From: an uncultured Oligoflexus sp.
Lineage (GTDB): Bacteria; Bdellovibrionota_B; Oligoflexia; Oligoflexales; Oligoflexaceae
Assembly (NCBI GenBank): GCA_964236955.1
Contig: CAXSGP010000088.1
Span: 1-20,224 of the forward strand
Direction of reading: 5' to 3'
Length of the DNA stretch: 20,224 bases
Both the position numbers and the translations under genes were made by a program. Within the stretch, counting starts at the first letter, position 1. Each line of letters starts with the position of its first letter. This document shows, piece by piece, positions 7,012-15,651 of this stretch. Below the pieces are notes generated by a model that worked only from the letters and a program-made list of their open reading frames with translations, was not told where the DNA came from and ran no database searches.

Positions 7012-7584
7012 ATGAGCGAGCAAATCTGGTATCTCTATCAAAATGGACAGCAGGTCGGGCCTTTTGAGACACAACAGGTTACTCAGTTATACCTCACTAA
7101 CATGATCGCTAAAGATGGATATATTTTCAAGGTCGGTTGGAAAGATTGGCGTCCATTGGAAGATGGTTATGAAGCCCTGGGTATCCCGAATCCAAACCAG
7201 GGAACCCTCACCGAGGACGAGTTGGATAAGCGGCGCAACGGCGCACCGCGGGCGGCTATTGCCGGTCGCGTTGTTGTCCATAACAACGGGCAGCTGGCTG
7301 TTGGGCATGGAGTCAATATTTCGGTTGGTGGAATATTTGTCGAAACCAATGATCAGATGTTTACCGTCGGCGAAACCCTTCGACTCTCAGTACGCTGCGA
7401 GGGATTGTCGAAATCCTTCAACGCTGAAGCGGTTGTGATTCGCTTTAACATGGATAAGAGATTTTCTCTTGGTTACGGTTTGAAGTTCACCAAAATCGAC
7501 TCGGAGATTCAGAAGAGCATCCAAAATCTGGTGAATGCGGCGAACGGCAAAGGAGACCTCGGCCGTTTCGCAGTAAAAGCCTAG
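7012..7584 (+). CDS. GYF_2 (DUF4339) + PilZ domain protein
   Basis: N-terminal WYLYQNGQQVGPF...IFKVGWKDWRPL (GYF_2); C-terminal RRNGAPR, NISVGGIF, AVVIR, GYGLKF (PilZ). Confidence 0.88.
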   Translation: MSEQIWYLYQNGQQVGPFETQQVTQLYLTNMIAKDGYIFKVGWKDWRPLEDGYEALGIPNPNQGTLTEDELDKRRNGAPRAAIAGRVVVHNNGQLAVGHGVNISVGGIFVETNDQMFTVGETLRLSVRCEGLSKSFNAEAVVIRFNMDKRFSLGYGLKFTKIDSEIQKSIQNLVNAANGKGDLGRFAVKA

Positions 7585-7647
7585 ACCAGTACAAGTTAAT
7601 TAACCAAAAAGCGACGACGCAAAACACGGGAAGATAGGGGTTCGTAA

Positions 7648-8856
7648 ATGGAATTAGCGAGAGAGAACGCAGAAGCCACGTGGAAGACCATGAGTAAGAT
7701 CGAAGAGGCCAAGCATTTGGTTGACCTCGGCATCCTGTTTACCTGGAAAGACTTTAAAACCCTGCGTAAGGTCTTAAAGGATGGCGAATTGGTTGACCTT
7801 GTCGTCTACTGCGCAGCGCGGCTGTCGGAGCGCGTCGAAAGCCGTCTTCCCGCGGAAATTCTCATTGAAAGTCTTTTGATCATATTTGCCAACGTCCAAG
7901 ATGAAAGCGTAATCGTCGCTTTTCTTGAAGAGGTGCTGATGCAGCCCAACCGTGCCGTTACCTGTTCGGTCCTCGTGGAGCTGGCAATCACAGCCGACGT
8001 CTCCGATGGCGACAAAGCTGACGAGATCTTTGCCATTGCCGTAGCTTTGGTTTGCGAATTGGGAACGATGATTCGTCAAATGCAGATGAGCGATCCGGAG
8101 GAACTTGGCTCTTCTGGGCAAAAACTCCTCGACCATATCTCGACCTATTTGCTTTCGGTGAGCAATAGCAGCGATAACTGTATCCGTCTTAGCCTTCTGC
8201 ACTACTTTGGAAGTCTTGAAAAAGGCCGCGTTCATAAGGTTGGTTTCAATCGAATTATGGGACGATTTGGTCACACCGTTCTCGAGCATCTATTCGTTCT
8301 CCTCTTCAACAAGAAAACCGAGAGCGTCGCCCTGCAGTACCTATTGGAAAACGTGCCCTATATTCTCGAAGCCGATGATCATGCGCAGACTATCCTACAA
8401 GAGACGTGGAAACACCATTTGCTTAAAAAGCCCGAGCGTTTTGCACTCTTTATCCAAGCTCTCTCTCAGTACCTCCTGGTGTTGCCCGATGCCGAAGCCC
8501 GCCAATGCCGAAGAACCTTCATGCAGCATCTTGCCTTGCTCATCAAGAAGGTCGCAGAAGTTGATCATAAAGAACTTGGCCGTCAGCTCCTCAGCGCTAT
8601 GGCGGCCTTCCAACACGACCCCTCTTTCAAGGAGATCGTCGGTCGCCTCGCTAAGGATATGACCCTGCGCGATTCTTTCCGCAGTCTCGTCGTCAAGATG
8701 AGTGAAGCTAATATCTCAGGCAATGTCATCGGGGATGCCGAAGGCTTCCGTTCCTCAAAACGAGGTCGGCGACCCAGTTTTGCGAAATCCGGTAAGACCC
8801 GTATTATCTATCAGATCAAGTTTTTGGGTCAGCACAGTACGGCTAAAGCCAGCTGA
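7648..8856 (+). CDS. Hypothetical alpha-helical (ARM/HEAT-like) cytoplasmic protein
   Basis: 402-aa ORF with AGGGG RBS; Leu-rich amphipathic helices; no motif recognised; an alternative start at MSKIEE is possible. Confidence 0.8.
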   Translation: MELARENAEATWKTMSKIEEAKHLVDLGILFTWKDFKTLRKVLKDGELVDLVVYCAARLSERVESRLPAEILIESLLIIFANVQDESVIVAFLEEVLMQPNRAVTCSVLVELAITADVSDGDKADEIFAIAVALVCELGTMIRQMQMSDPEELGSSGQKLLDHISTYLLSVSNSSDNCIRLSLLHYFGSLEKGRVHKVGFNRIMGRFGHTVLEHLFVLLFNKKTESVALQYLLENVPYILEADDHAQTILQETWKHHLLKKPERFALFIQALSQYLLVLPDAEARQCRRTFMQHLALLIKKVAEVDHKELGRQLLSAMAAFQHDPSFKEIVGRLAKDMTLRDSFRSLVVKMSEANISGNVIGDAEGFRSSKRGRRPSFAKSGKTRIIYQIKFLGQHSTAKAS

Positions 8857-8886
8857 AGCCAGTCCTGCATTTAAAATAAAAAAGAA

Positions 8887-8929
8887 GGAAAAAAAGCCCT
8901 TTCGATCCTGTCGAGGGGCTTTTTTTTCC
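8887..8929. terminator. Bidirectional rho-independent terminator
   Basis: GGAAAAAAAGCCCTTTCGA-TCCTG-TCGAGGGGCTTTTTTTTCC between convergent genes. Confidence 0.92.
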
Positions 8930-8950
8930 ATTCAAACATTCCCATAGGAA

Positions 8951-9538
8951 TCAATCGTCGACCGGGGCTCCAGCGTCAGCAGGGGCTGCATCTTCCGCGG
9001 GGGCCACTTCTTCTGCCGGTGCCGGATCGTCAACACCGGGACCAGGAGCCGCCTTGATCTCCTCGTCGAGAAGGAAATCGATCGAGGTCTTTTTGCCCAA
9101 GACATCCCGTATGAACCAGGCTCCGTCTTCTTTGACCACGGAAAGGGTGTTCTCGGTCGTGGTTTTGGGAGCCGTTTCGGGGTCGGCTTTTTTATCCGGG
9201 CCTAGGTTTCTATAGGTAAGTAGGAAAGTGATTTCGGTTTCGCGCGGCGTCCGATCGCGACGTTCGATCACCGAGTAGCGCTCGAGCTTATAATTCTGTT
9301 TGATGAACGCTGACATGATGATGTCGTCGGGCGCTTGAGTGAGAGCATTTTTAAGATTGCCCGTCGTCAATTTCATCAGATCTTGCTTCTGACTGACTTT
9401 GGTCATGTTAAGCGAAATGTCCAAATAGGTTTGGACAACCTGCTCGGGGGTCATGTCCTCACGACCGGAACTGCACATTTTGCTGCAACCAATCAGAAAT
9501 AAAAAGCTAAGCAAGGGAGCAAAGTACGCACGTCGCAT
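8951..9538 (-). CDS. Lipoprotein, probable NTF2-like fold, with acidic Pro/Ala tail
   Basis: Lipobox FLIG-C after a basic/hydrophobic leader; TPEQVVQTYL and VVKEDGAWFI motifs typical of NTF2-like/DUF4878-type lipoproteins. Confidence 0.8.
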   Translation of the reverse strand: MRRAYFAPLLSFLFLIGCSKMCSSGREDMTPEQVVQTYLDISLNMTKVSQKQDLMKLTTGNLKNALTQAPDDIIMSAFIKQNYKLERYSVIERRDRTPRETEITFLLTYRNLGPDKKADPETAPKTTTENTLSVVKEDGAWFIRDVLGKKTSIDFLLDEEIKAAPGPGVDDPAPAEEVAPAEDAAPADAGAPVDD

Positions 9539-10475
9539 TCAGGCTATCCTCCGTCAGGGGACCTACCACAGGGTTGGGAGGCATTGGTGCAGCCGGTGGT
9601 GCATTGTAGTCCCAAGGTCGAGCGGGCGCTGAGGGCTCGGGATTCTCTGCATTTGGACTTTTCAAGGCCTCATCTTCTGCAGCAGGCTTCTTCACTACTT
9701 GAGGGTCATTAGACCCGGGCGCGGCCGGTGCTTCAGTCTCAGGGGAAACGATGCCCCGTTTGCGCATCTCCTCGATCTGTTTCCATTTCGGTATGCGTGG
9801 GAGTTCCCTCGTCACACCCTCGGGAGCTTTGCGCCCGTTCGACTTCCTATCGTAATTGTACGAACCTTCCGAATCACCTTGAAAAGGCTCCTTGGGGGTT
9901 CGTCCACTTCGAATCGGTCGCGGATAGGCGATCTCCGGATTCTCCATCACTTCCTTCAGCCAGCTGACGAAAGCCTTGACTTCAGCTGGCGAAGCTTGAA
10001 CGATTTCAGCATTTCCTAGGCGTTGCAGGGTGTTCATATCCCTGGTGATGCCGTAAAGCCGTTGATCAACAAAGACTAAAGTAGGGGTAGTATACCCTGT
10101 TCTTGGTCGTAGGTACGTCGGCACACCTTGACCCCTTAGATAAGGAAGTCTCGAACCGGATGAACTCAGCTGCTCGCGACCGAGATAGACCTTCACATCC
10201 AGATTTCGGTATTTTGCCAAAAAAAGGGCGGTAGCGACTTCTCCATCGGTGAGATAATCCGTGAGCAGCCACACTCTCTTTCGACCGCTGCCGATCAGTT
10301 CTAGTATATTATGACGCAAATCATCAAAGTTTACAGTAGTCTTAAAATTAAATCCTGGAGTCCCTATGGGGAGCTGGGGAGCCGGGATTGGTAAGGGGGT
10401 AGCTGGAGCAGCAAGAACCTGGACTTGGGTCAGACTCCCAAGGGCCAAGGCCATCAACAGAATTCTCTTCAGCAT
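9507..10475 (-). CDS. Exported phospholipase D/Nuc-like domain protein lacking the catalytic HxK residues, with Pro-rich tail
   Basis: Signal peptide ending VLA-A; ILELIGSGRKRVWLLTDYLTDGEVATALFLAKYRNLDVKVYL matches the PLDc_2 N-terminal pattern; TPTLVFVD in place of HxKxxxxD. Confidence 0.78.
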   Translation of the reverse strand: MLKRILLMALALGSLTQVQVLAAPATPLPIPAPQLPIGTPGFNFKTTVNFDDLRHNILELIGSGRKRVWLLTDYLTDGEVATALFLAKYRNLDVKVYLGREQLSSSGSRLPYLRGQGVPTYLRPRTGYTTPTLVFVDQRLYGITRDMNTLQRLGNAEIVQASPAEVKAFVSWLKEVMENPEIAYPRPIRSGRTPKEPFQGDSEGSYNYDRKSNGRKAPEGVTRELPRIPKWKQIEEMRKRGIVSPETEAPAAPGSNDPQVVKKPAAEDEALKSPNAENPEPSAPARPWDYNAPPAAPMPPNPVVGPLTEDSLNATCVLCSLA

Positions 10476-10494
10476 ATCCTCACCCTTTTCTAAG

Positions 10495-11877
10495 TCATAA
10501 CGACTGTTTCAAGCGGACGATAAAGGCTCCAAAGCCATCCATCTCGTCCTGATTTCCGGCATAAACAGCGAAGAGCTGGTCATGCGTCACGTATTTCTTA
10601 TAATAGTCAGGCAGGCGGCTCACCGGAGAAATGATCTCGACTTGGTCGCTCATCGTTTCCTTGAGACGGGCCAGATGGGCTTCAGTCTCTTCCGTTTCAA
10701 AGGAGCATACGGAATAAATCAACTCGCCGCCTACTTTCAACTGCTTCAAGGCGTGCAGAATCATCGACCATTGCTGTTCGGCCATCGACTCGATGAGTTT
10801 GACATTCTTGCTCCATTTGCCTTCCGGATGGCGCCGTAAAACGCCCAATCCACTGCAAGGGGCATCAAGGAGGATCTTGTCGAGCTTTTCCTGAGCGCTC
10901 CAGGCCATGAAGTCCTCTTCGATCCAGTTGAGCTTTTTAAAGCCTAATCGATCCAGGGTCTCTTGCGCCCTTAGATACTGACTATGGTCTTTTTCAACTG
11001 CGTAAAGAGTGATCTTTTCCTGACCGAGTTCATAGATATGAGATAGTTTGCCGCCAGGACCTGCGCAGGCATCGGCGATTTTTTGCTCAGGTTCGGGACT
11101 CACTAGATAGCCAATGAGCTGGGACGCTTCATCCTGAACCGTGAAATATCCCTCTTGAAAATACCTGGAATCGGCAAGCTGGGGAGCTTTGGTCAGCCGC
11201 AGCGCGGAGCGGAGCGGGCGTCGCTCACTGGTTAGCTTTTCCTCTCGCAGGAGGGCATCCTGAAGCTCGGCAGCCTCGGTTAGGGGAGTCTTTAGACTGT
11301 TCACGCGTATCGAAAACGATGGTGGCACATTGTTGGCCGCCAGCATCTGTTCCATTCGTTCAAAGCGGAAGCGTTTGAGCCAGCGTTCCACCAGCCAGAG
11401 GGGATGGGCAAATTGTAGCGCCAGGTATTCCTTGGCTTTGGTCTTTTTATCCGGTTTGGGGAAGTATTCGGCACGGCGTCCGATCTGTCTCAGGATGCCA
11501 TTGACAAAGGTACAGGCTTTGGACTGGCCCTTTTTACGAACGTACTCGACGCTTTCATTGACGGCGGCACGGTCCGGCACGCGGTCCATATAGTAGATTT
11601 GATAGGTGCCAAGGATCAACGCCGCGCGGATCTCAGGAGTGGAATCATCAAGGTTTCGTTTGGAGGTATTTTGGAGTATCCAATAGATCTTGGAATACCA
11701 ACGAAAGCTGCCAAATAACAATTCTTTTATAAAAGCCTTGTCGAGTCGCGTAATTTTCTGGCCATGCAGGGCATAGGTCTCGCTGAGAACCTGTTCAGGT
11801 TTGCGTTTGTTATCCATAACAGCAACGAAGGCATCAAACGCAAGTTCGCGTGCAAGGGACAGAGTGGATTGAGTCAA
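10495..11877 (-). CDS. rsmB: 16S rRNA (cytosine(967)-C5)-methyltransferase RsmB/Sun
   Basis: NusB-like N-domain (RVPDRAAVNESVE, FVNGILR); VQDEASQL; DACAGPGGK; ILLDAPCSGLG; YSVCS. Start placed at TTG 11877 behind AGGAG. Confidence 0.93.
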   Translation of the reverse strand: MTQSTLSLARELAFDAFVAVMDNKRKPEQVLSETYALHGQKITRLDKAFIKELLFGSFRWYSKIYWILQNTSKRNLDDSTPEIRAALILGTYQIYYMDRVPDRAAVNESVEYVRKKGQSKACTFVNGILRQIGRRAEYFPKPDKKTKAKEYLALQFAHPLWLVERWLKRFRFERMEQMLAANNVPPSFSIRVNSLKTPLTEAAELQDALLREEKLTSERRPLRSALRLTKAPQLADSRYFQEGYFTVQDEASQLIGYLVSPEPEQKIADACAGPGGKLSHIYELGQEKITLYAVEKDHSQYLRAQETLDRLGFKKLNWIEEDFMAWSAQEKLDKILLDAPCSGLGVLRRHPEGKWSKNVKLIESMAEQQWSMILHALKQLKVGGELIYSVCSFETEETEAHLARLKETMSDQVEIISPVSRLPDYYKKYVTHDQLFAVYAGNQDEMDGFGAFIVRLKQSL

Positions 11878-12015
11878 AGGGAAATCTCCTGGATGATTGA
11901 GTTTTCCTTTTTTCCTATCCTTGAAAATGGAAAAGCCCAAAAGCTGAGCTGGACTTCGTTCTGCCGGTAGGACGTCAAGAGAGGTGGACAGGAGAACGTA
12001 TCAGCTGAGCCCCCA

Positions 12016-12044
12016 GGTATAGTAGGGATTTGATGCGCTGTCAA
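12016..12044 (-). promoter_or_regulatory. Sigma70-type promoter for the rsmB operon
   Basis: Minus strand TTGACA-N17-TATACC; the -35 overlaps the lapA stop codon. Confidence 0.62.
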
Positions 12045-12397
12045 AACTCTTTGCTATCGAGGCTCTGGATAGAGGGCTCAGGCTTGGTGAGGGGTTCGTC
12101 CTCCTTAAGAAAACGCCGGACGCGATTGTGAGTAGGGCGTCTTGAACCATTGAGATCCTTGCGAAGTTTGCGCAGCTGGATCGATTTGGAGATATGCGAT
12201 ACGCTGCTGTAAAGCGCAGCGACAAGCACGCCGAGAATAAAGGCGCCAATAAAGGCCACAAATGCTGGGGTTTGATACTCGCCGAAGAACGGCAGCTTGA
12301 CCAGGATTGTTTCCAGGTTATTGACCGAAAAATAGATTCCATAAATCAATCCGATAAGGCCAAGTAAACCTGAGAGAATTCTACGGACTAGAGTCAT
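12041..12397 (-). CDS. lapA: LapA-family (lipopolysaccharide assembly protein A domain, DUF1049) membrane protein
   Basis: TM-FSVNNLETILVKLPF-P-TM(AFILGVL)-basic coiled coil; located downstream of rpsA as in the conserved rpsA-(ihfB)-lapA context. Confidence 0.75.
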   Translation of the reverse strand: MTLVRRILSGLLGLIGLIYGIYFSVNNLETILVKLPFFGEYQTPAFVAFIGAFILGVLVAALYSSVSHISKSIQLRKLRKDLNGSRRPTHNRVRRFLKEDEPLTKPEPSIQSLDSKEF

Positions 12398-12430
12398 GGA
12401 AACTTCCTTGTAAGCGTTGAAGTAAATTTA

Positions 12431-12480
12431 AACAAAATAACAGGCCCGGTCAGATATTAACCGGGCCTGAAATTTTTTTT
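12431..12480 (-). terminator. Rho-independent terminator downstream of rpsA (possibly bidirectional)
   Basis: CAGGCCCGGT-N9-ACCGGGCCTG; minus strand continues TTATTTTGTT; a T8 run lies on the plus side. Confidence 0.85.
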
Positions 12481-12550
12481 CTAGGTCTTTTTCAAGGGAA
12501 GCGACGGTCTCAAAGCCTAGGGCCGTGTTACCGCCGATCAAAATCAAAGT

Positions 12551-14311
12551 TTAGATTTTTTGCTCTTCTTTTGCTTTGGCTTTTGCAAAAGCATCGGCCA
12601 AGCCAGTTTTGGGTTCAGCAACCTGGCTGATGTATTGGCTAAGCTCAGCGCCCTGGAGCTGTCTCAAAAGAGCCTTACGAGAAAGTGAGAATTTACGCTC
12701 TTCACTATCGCTAGCAAGGATGATGAATTCAATCTCGTCGCCTTCTTTCACAACATCTTCGACTTTCGCGACGGTGTCGTCAGCAAGTTCACTGATGTGA
12801 ATCATGCCCTCGATACCAGGAGCGAGTTCGACAAAGGCACCAAAATCGACGATCTTAGTGATTTTGCCTGTGCCTTTAGTGCCGGGGACGAGGTCGCGGG
12901 CAGCTTTCAGCCAAGGATCTTCACCAAGTTGTTTGATGCCGAGTGAAAAGCGCTCATTCTCGGCATCGATCTGAAGGATCTTAGCTTCGAGTTCGTCGCC
13001 TTTTTTGAACAGGTCACCCGGATGATTGATGCGGTCGGTCCAGGAGATATCCGAGATATGGATCAAGCCGTCGATGCCGTCTTCGATACCAACGAAGATA
13101 CCGAAATCAGTGATGTTACGGATTTTGCCCTGAATAACATCGCCTTCCTGGTATTTCTCGCGAACGATATCCCAAGGATTAGGCTCGATTTGCTTCATGC
13201 CGAGGCTGATACGACGGTTTTCAGTGTCGATCGCGAGGATGACAACTTCAACTTCATCGCCAACCTGGACGACTTTAGACGGATGCTTGATGCGTTTGGA
13301 CCAGGACATTTCGCTGATGTGGATCAAGCCTTCAACGCCTTGTTCCATTTCCACGAATGCGCCGTAATCGGTAAGGCTAACGACAGTACCCTTGACGCGT
13401 GCATTGACTTGGTAGCGCTCGCCAACCGTCAACCAAGGGTCATTTTGGAGCTGCTTGTAGCCCAAAGATACGCGCTGACGGCTTTCGTCGTAGCTGAGTA
13501 CCTTGACTTCGATTTCTTGACCAACTTCGAACATTTGCGAAGGATGGTTGATGCGACCCCAAGACATATCAGTGATATGAAGCAGGCCGTCGATGCCGCC
13601 AAGATCAATGAACGCGCCGTAATCAGTGATATTTTTAACGATACCTTTGAGAACTGCATTTTCTTTGAGGTGGGACAGGGTTTCGCTGCGCAGCTTCTCG
13701 CGGTCTTGCTCCAACAATACGCGACGACTGAGAACGATGTTGCCACGCTTCTTGTTAAACTTGATGATCTTAAAGCTGAGCTTGTTGCCGATCAGCTTAT
13801 CAAGGTTGCGAACGGGACGCAGGTCAACCTGTGAACCCGGCAAGAACGCTTTAACGCCGATATCAACCGAGAGACCGCCTTTGACCCGGGCGATCACGCG
13901 GCCTTCCACGATTTCACTTTTTTCATATGCGTCAGAAATACGGTCCCATGCTCTGAACATTTCCGCGCGCTCGCGGCTCAGAACCATTTCGCCTTCATTG
14001 TCTTCAAATGAGTCGAGGTAAACCTCAACCATATCGCCTTCGCTGACGCCAAAAGAGCCGTCTGCGAGGAAGAATTCAGACTTAGGAATTTCGCCTTCAG
14101 ACTTGTGACCGATGTCAACAATGACTGAGTCATCTGTGAAGCGTACGACGCGACCGCTAACGATCGAACCTTCCTTCACGGAAGCAGAACCTGCCTCGTC
14201 CAATAAGTTGGCAAATTCTTGGCTTTGGCTTTTTTGGTGATCGAAATCAGTATCTTCGTCTTCCCAACTGATTTTTCCGATACCTGCAAGCTTGGAATCT
14301 TGTAATTGCAT
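12551..14311 (-). CDS. rpsA: 30S ribosomal protein S1
   Basis: Six S1 repeats (AFLPGSQVD, DYGAFIDLGGIDGLLHITDMSW, EGLIHISEMSW, etc.). Start placed at ATG 14311 behind AGGAG. Confidence 0.98.
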   Translation of the reverse strand: MQLQDSKLAGIGKISWEDEDTDFDHQKSQSQEFANLLDEAGSASVKEGSIVSGRVVRFTDDSVIVDIGHKSEGEIPKSEFFLADGSFGVSEGDMVEVYLDSFEDNEGEMVLSRERAEMFRAWDRISDAYEKSEIVEGRVIARVKGGLSVDIGVKAFLPGSQVDLRPVRNLDKLIGNKLSFKIIKFNKKRGNIVLSRRVLLEQDREKLRSETLSHLKENAVLKGIVKNITDYGAFIDLGGIDGLLHITDMSWGRINHPSQMFEVGQEIEVKVLSYDESRQRVSLGYKQLQNDPWLTVGERYQVNARVKGTVVSLTDYGAFVEMEQGVEGLIHISEMSWSKRIKHPSKVVQVGDEVEVVILAIDTENRRISLGMKQIEPNPWDIVREKYQEGDVIQGKIRNITDFGIFVGIEDGIDGLIHISDISWTDRINHPGDLFKKGDELEAKILQIDAENERFSLGIKQLGEDPWLKAARDLVPGTKGTGKITKIVDFGAFVELAPGIEGMIHISELADDTVAKVEDVVKEGDEIEFIILASDSEERKFSLSRKALLRQLQGAELSQYISQVAEPKTGLADAFAKAKAKEEQKI

Positions 14312-14372
14312 GATTATGGTTAACTCCTGATATTGTCCGCCCATCGGACATATTTTTCGCTCAGAGCTTGAA

Positions 14373-14401
14373 TCGTTAACATGGAGGTCTACAAAAGTCA
14401 A
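14373..14401 (-). promoter_or_regulatory. Possible sigma70 promoter of rpsA
   Basis: Minus strand TTGACT-N17-TAACGA with a TG extension; the -10 match is weak. Confidence 0.35.
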
Positions 14402-14469
14402 TGAAAGCACGCTAAGATGGGGACTGCTGTGGGCTGGAATTTCTCTTCAAGTCGAGATAGGAAAATACA

Positions 14470-15642
14470 ATGTATTTTAAGCTGAATAGTCGCCCTTTTT
14501 GCAGGGTAGCCCTTGTCTCATTTTTGACCTATCTTGCTCCCCTTCTTCACGCCGAGGACGCCGCTCCCAAACCAGAGGCACCAGAGTCCTGCAAACCAGC
14601 GGTCGGACCGACCCCCGACGTCGCCCGTTCCGAAACTTATAAAGGTCTTCCCTTTCAGCCCGGGGAAGAGATCCGCTACGTCTTAAAATACGGGGCTCTC
14701 AAGGTTCATGTCGGCTATGGCTATCTACGCGTCCAGGCGCCCATAAAACAAACGATCAAAACGCTTGGAGCTGATGGCAAGTCTTTTGAGGAAAGCCGTT
14801 GGCACCGGGTCTTCGCGGCGGAAGCCTACACCGGCGATTGGTACAAATATATTTTTGCGGGTCACGACAGTCTGCAATCCTTCTCAAGGCCATGGGACAG
14901 CGGGGTCACCAAGTTCTACATCAATCAAAATGAGGAAAAACCATTCGTACGACGCTTTCATGCTGAAAAATGGCTCGATTTCGATCATTCAAACTGCGTC
15001 GTCAAACAGCGATTCCTCGATCATAAAAAGGGAGCTGAGAAGCTGAGCGAAAGCTTTATCGATCCCGCGTCGGTTGATGCGATGACGGCGGCTTACAAGC
15101 TTAGAACCTATAATTATGAGTTGAACAGGACTGAACGATTCCTCGTTTATACGTCTGAGAAAAACTGGTGGCTTGAAGCGACGCCAACGGCCATTGAAGA
15201 CACCGTGACCGCGATCGGCAAGAATAAAGCCTATAAGCTAACGGTAAAGACCTACTTAGGCAAAGAACTGCAGCAGAAGGGCAACCTCTATATCTGGGTA
15301 GCAGCTGATATTCCCCAGCATCCCATCCTTAAGATCCAGGGCGAAGTGACCTTCGGTTCGATTTATATGGAAATTGACCGTTATACGGCGGGAATTCCTT
15401 TGGATGCATCCTCTTCAGCAGCGGCAGCGGCAACTCCAATGGGAGCTCCCGAAACGCCGCCGGCACCGGCAGCAGCCCCGGACCAATCTCCGGAGTCAGC
15501 AGGGGCTGCGAGACCGACACAGGTTTCGAAAACGGCCAAGAAAGTTGCACCTGAAAAAGTCCCGAAAAAAGCCAAGCCAGCCAAAGCTGGCGAGCCTGCA
15601 CCAGCGGCCGAAAGCAAGCCGGCTAAAGAACCGGCAAAGTAA
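14470..15642 (+). CDS. Exported DUF3108-like protein with Pro/Ala/Lys-rich C-terminal tail
   Basis: Signal peptide ending LHA-E; PFQPGEEIRY, DAMTAAYKLR, TVTAIGKNKAYK, IWVAAD...PILKI...VTFGSI motifs resemble DUF3108. Confidence 0.78.
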   Translation: MYFKLNSRPFCRVALVSFLTYLAPLLHAEDAAPKPEAPESCKPAVGPTPDVARSETYKGLPFQPGEEIRYVLKYGALKVHVGYGYLRVQAPIKQTIKTLGADGKSFEESRWHRVFAAEAYTGDWYKYIFAGHDSLQSFSRPWDSGVTKFYINQNEEKPFVRRFHAEKWLDFDHSNCVVKQRFLDHKKGAEKLSESFIDPASVDAMTAAYKLRTYNYELNRTERFLVYTSEKNWWLEATPTAIEDTVTAIGKNKAYKLTVKTYLGKELQQKGNLYIWVAADIPQHPILKIQGEVTFGSIYMEIDRYTAGIPLDASSSAAAAATPMGAPETPPAPAAAPDQSPESAGAARPTQVSKTAKKVAPEKVPKKAKPAKAGEPAPAAESKPAKEPAK

Positions 15643-15651
15643 ACTTTGATT

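Noticed and set aside
7774..8289. 171-aa minus-strand ORF and other short nested ORFs (e.g. 19455-19955, 8207-8662)
   Set aside because: Largely contained within or antisense to well-supported genes and lack motifs.
11878..11940. N-terminal extension of RsmB
   Set aside because: A better RBS (AGGAG) precedes TTG 11877; the extension falls in the leader.
11881..12030. Cluster of GGA motifs on the plus strand as a CsrB-like or SRP RNA
   Set aside because: The GGAs are not in regular hairpin loops, the SRP domain IV motif is absent, and the supported promoter is on the minus strand.
13022..13834. 270-aa plus-strand ORF with apparent repeats
   Set aside because: Antisense shadow of rpsA; its periodicity mirrors the S1 repeats and codon bias.
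14312..14410. N-terminal extension of RpsA in the ORF track
   Set aside because: Lies upstream of the AGGAG RBS and overlaps the likely promoter.
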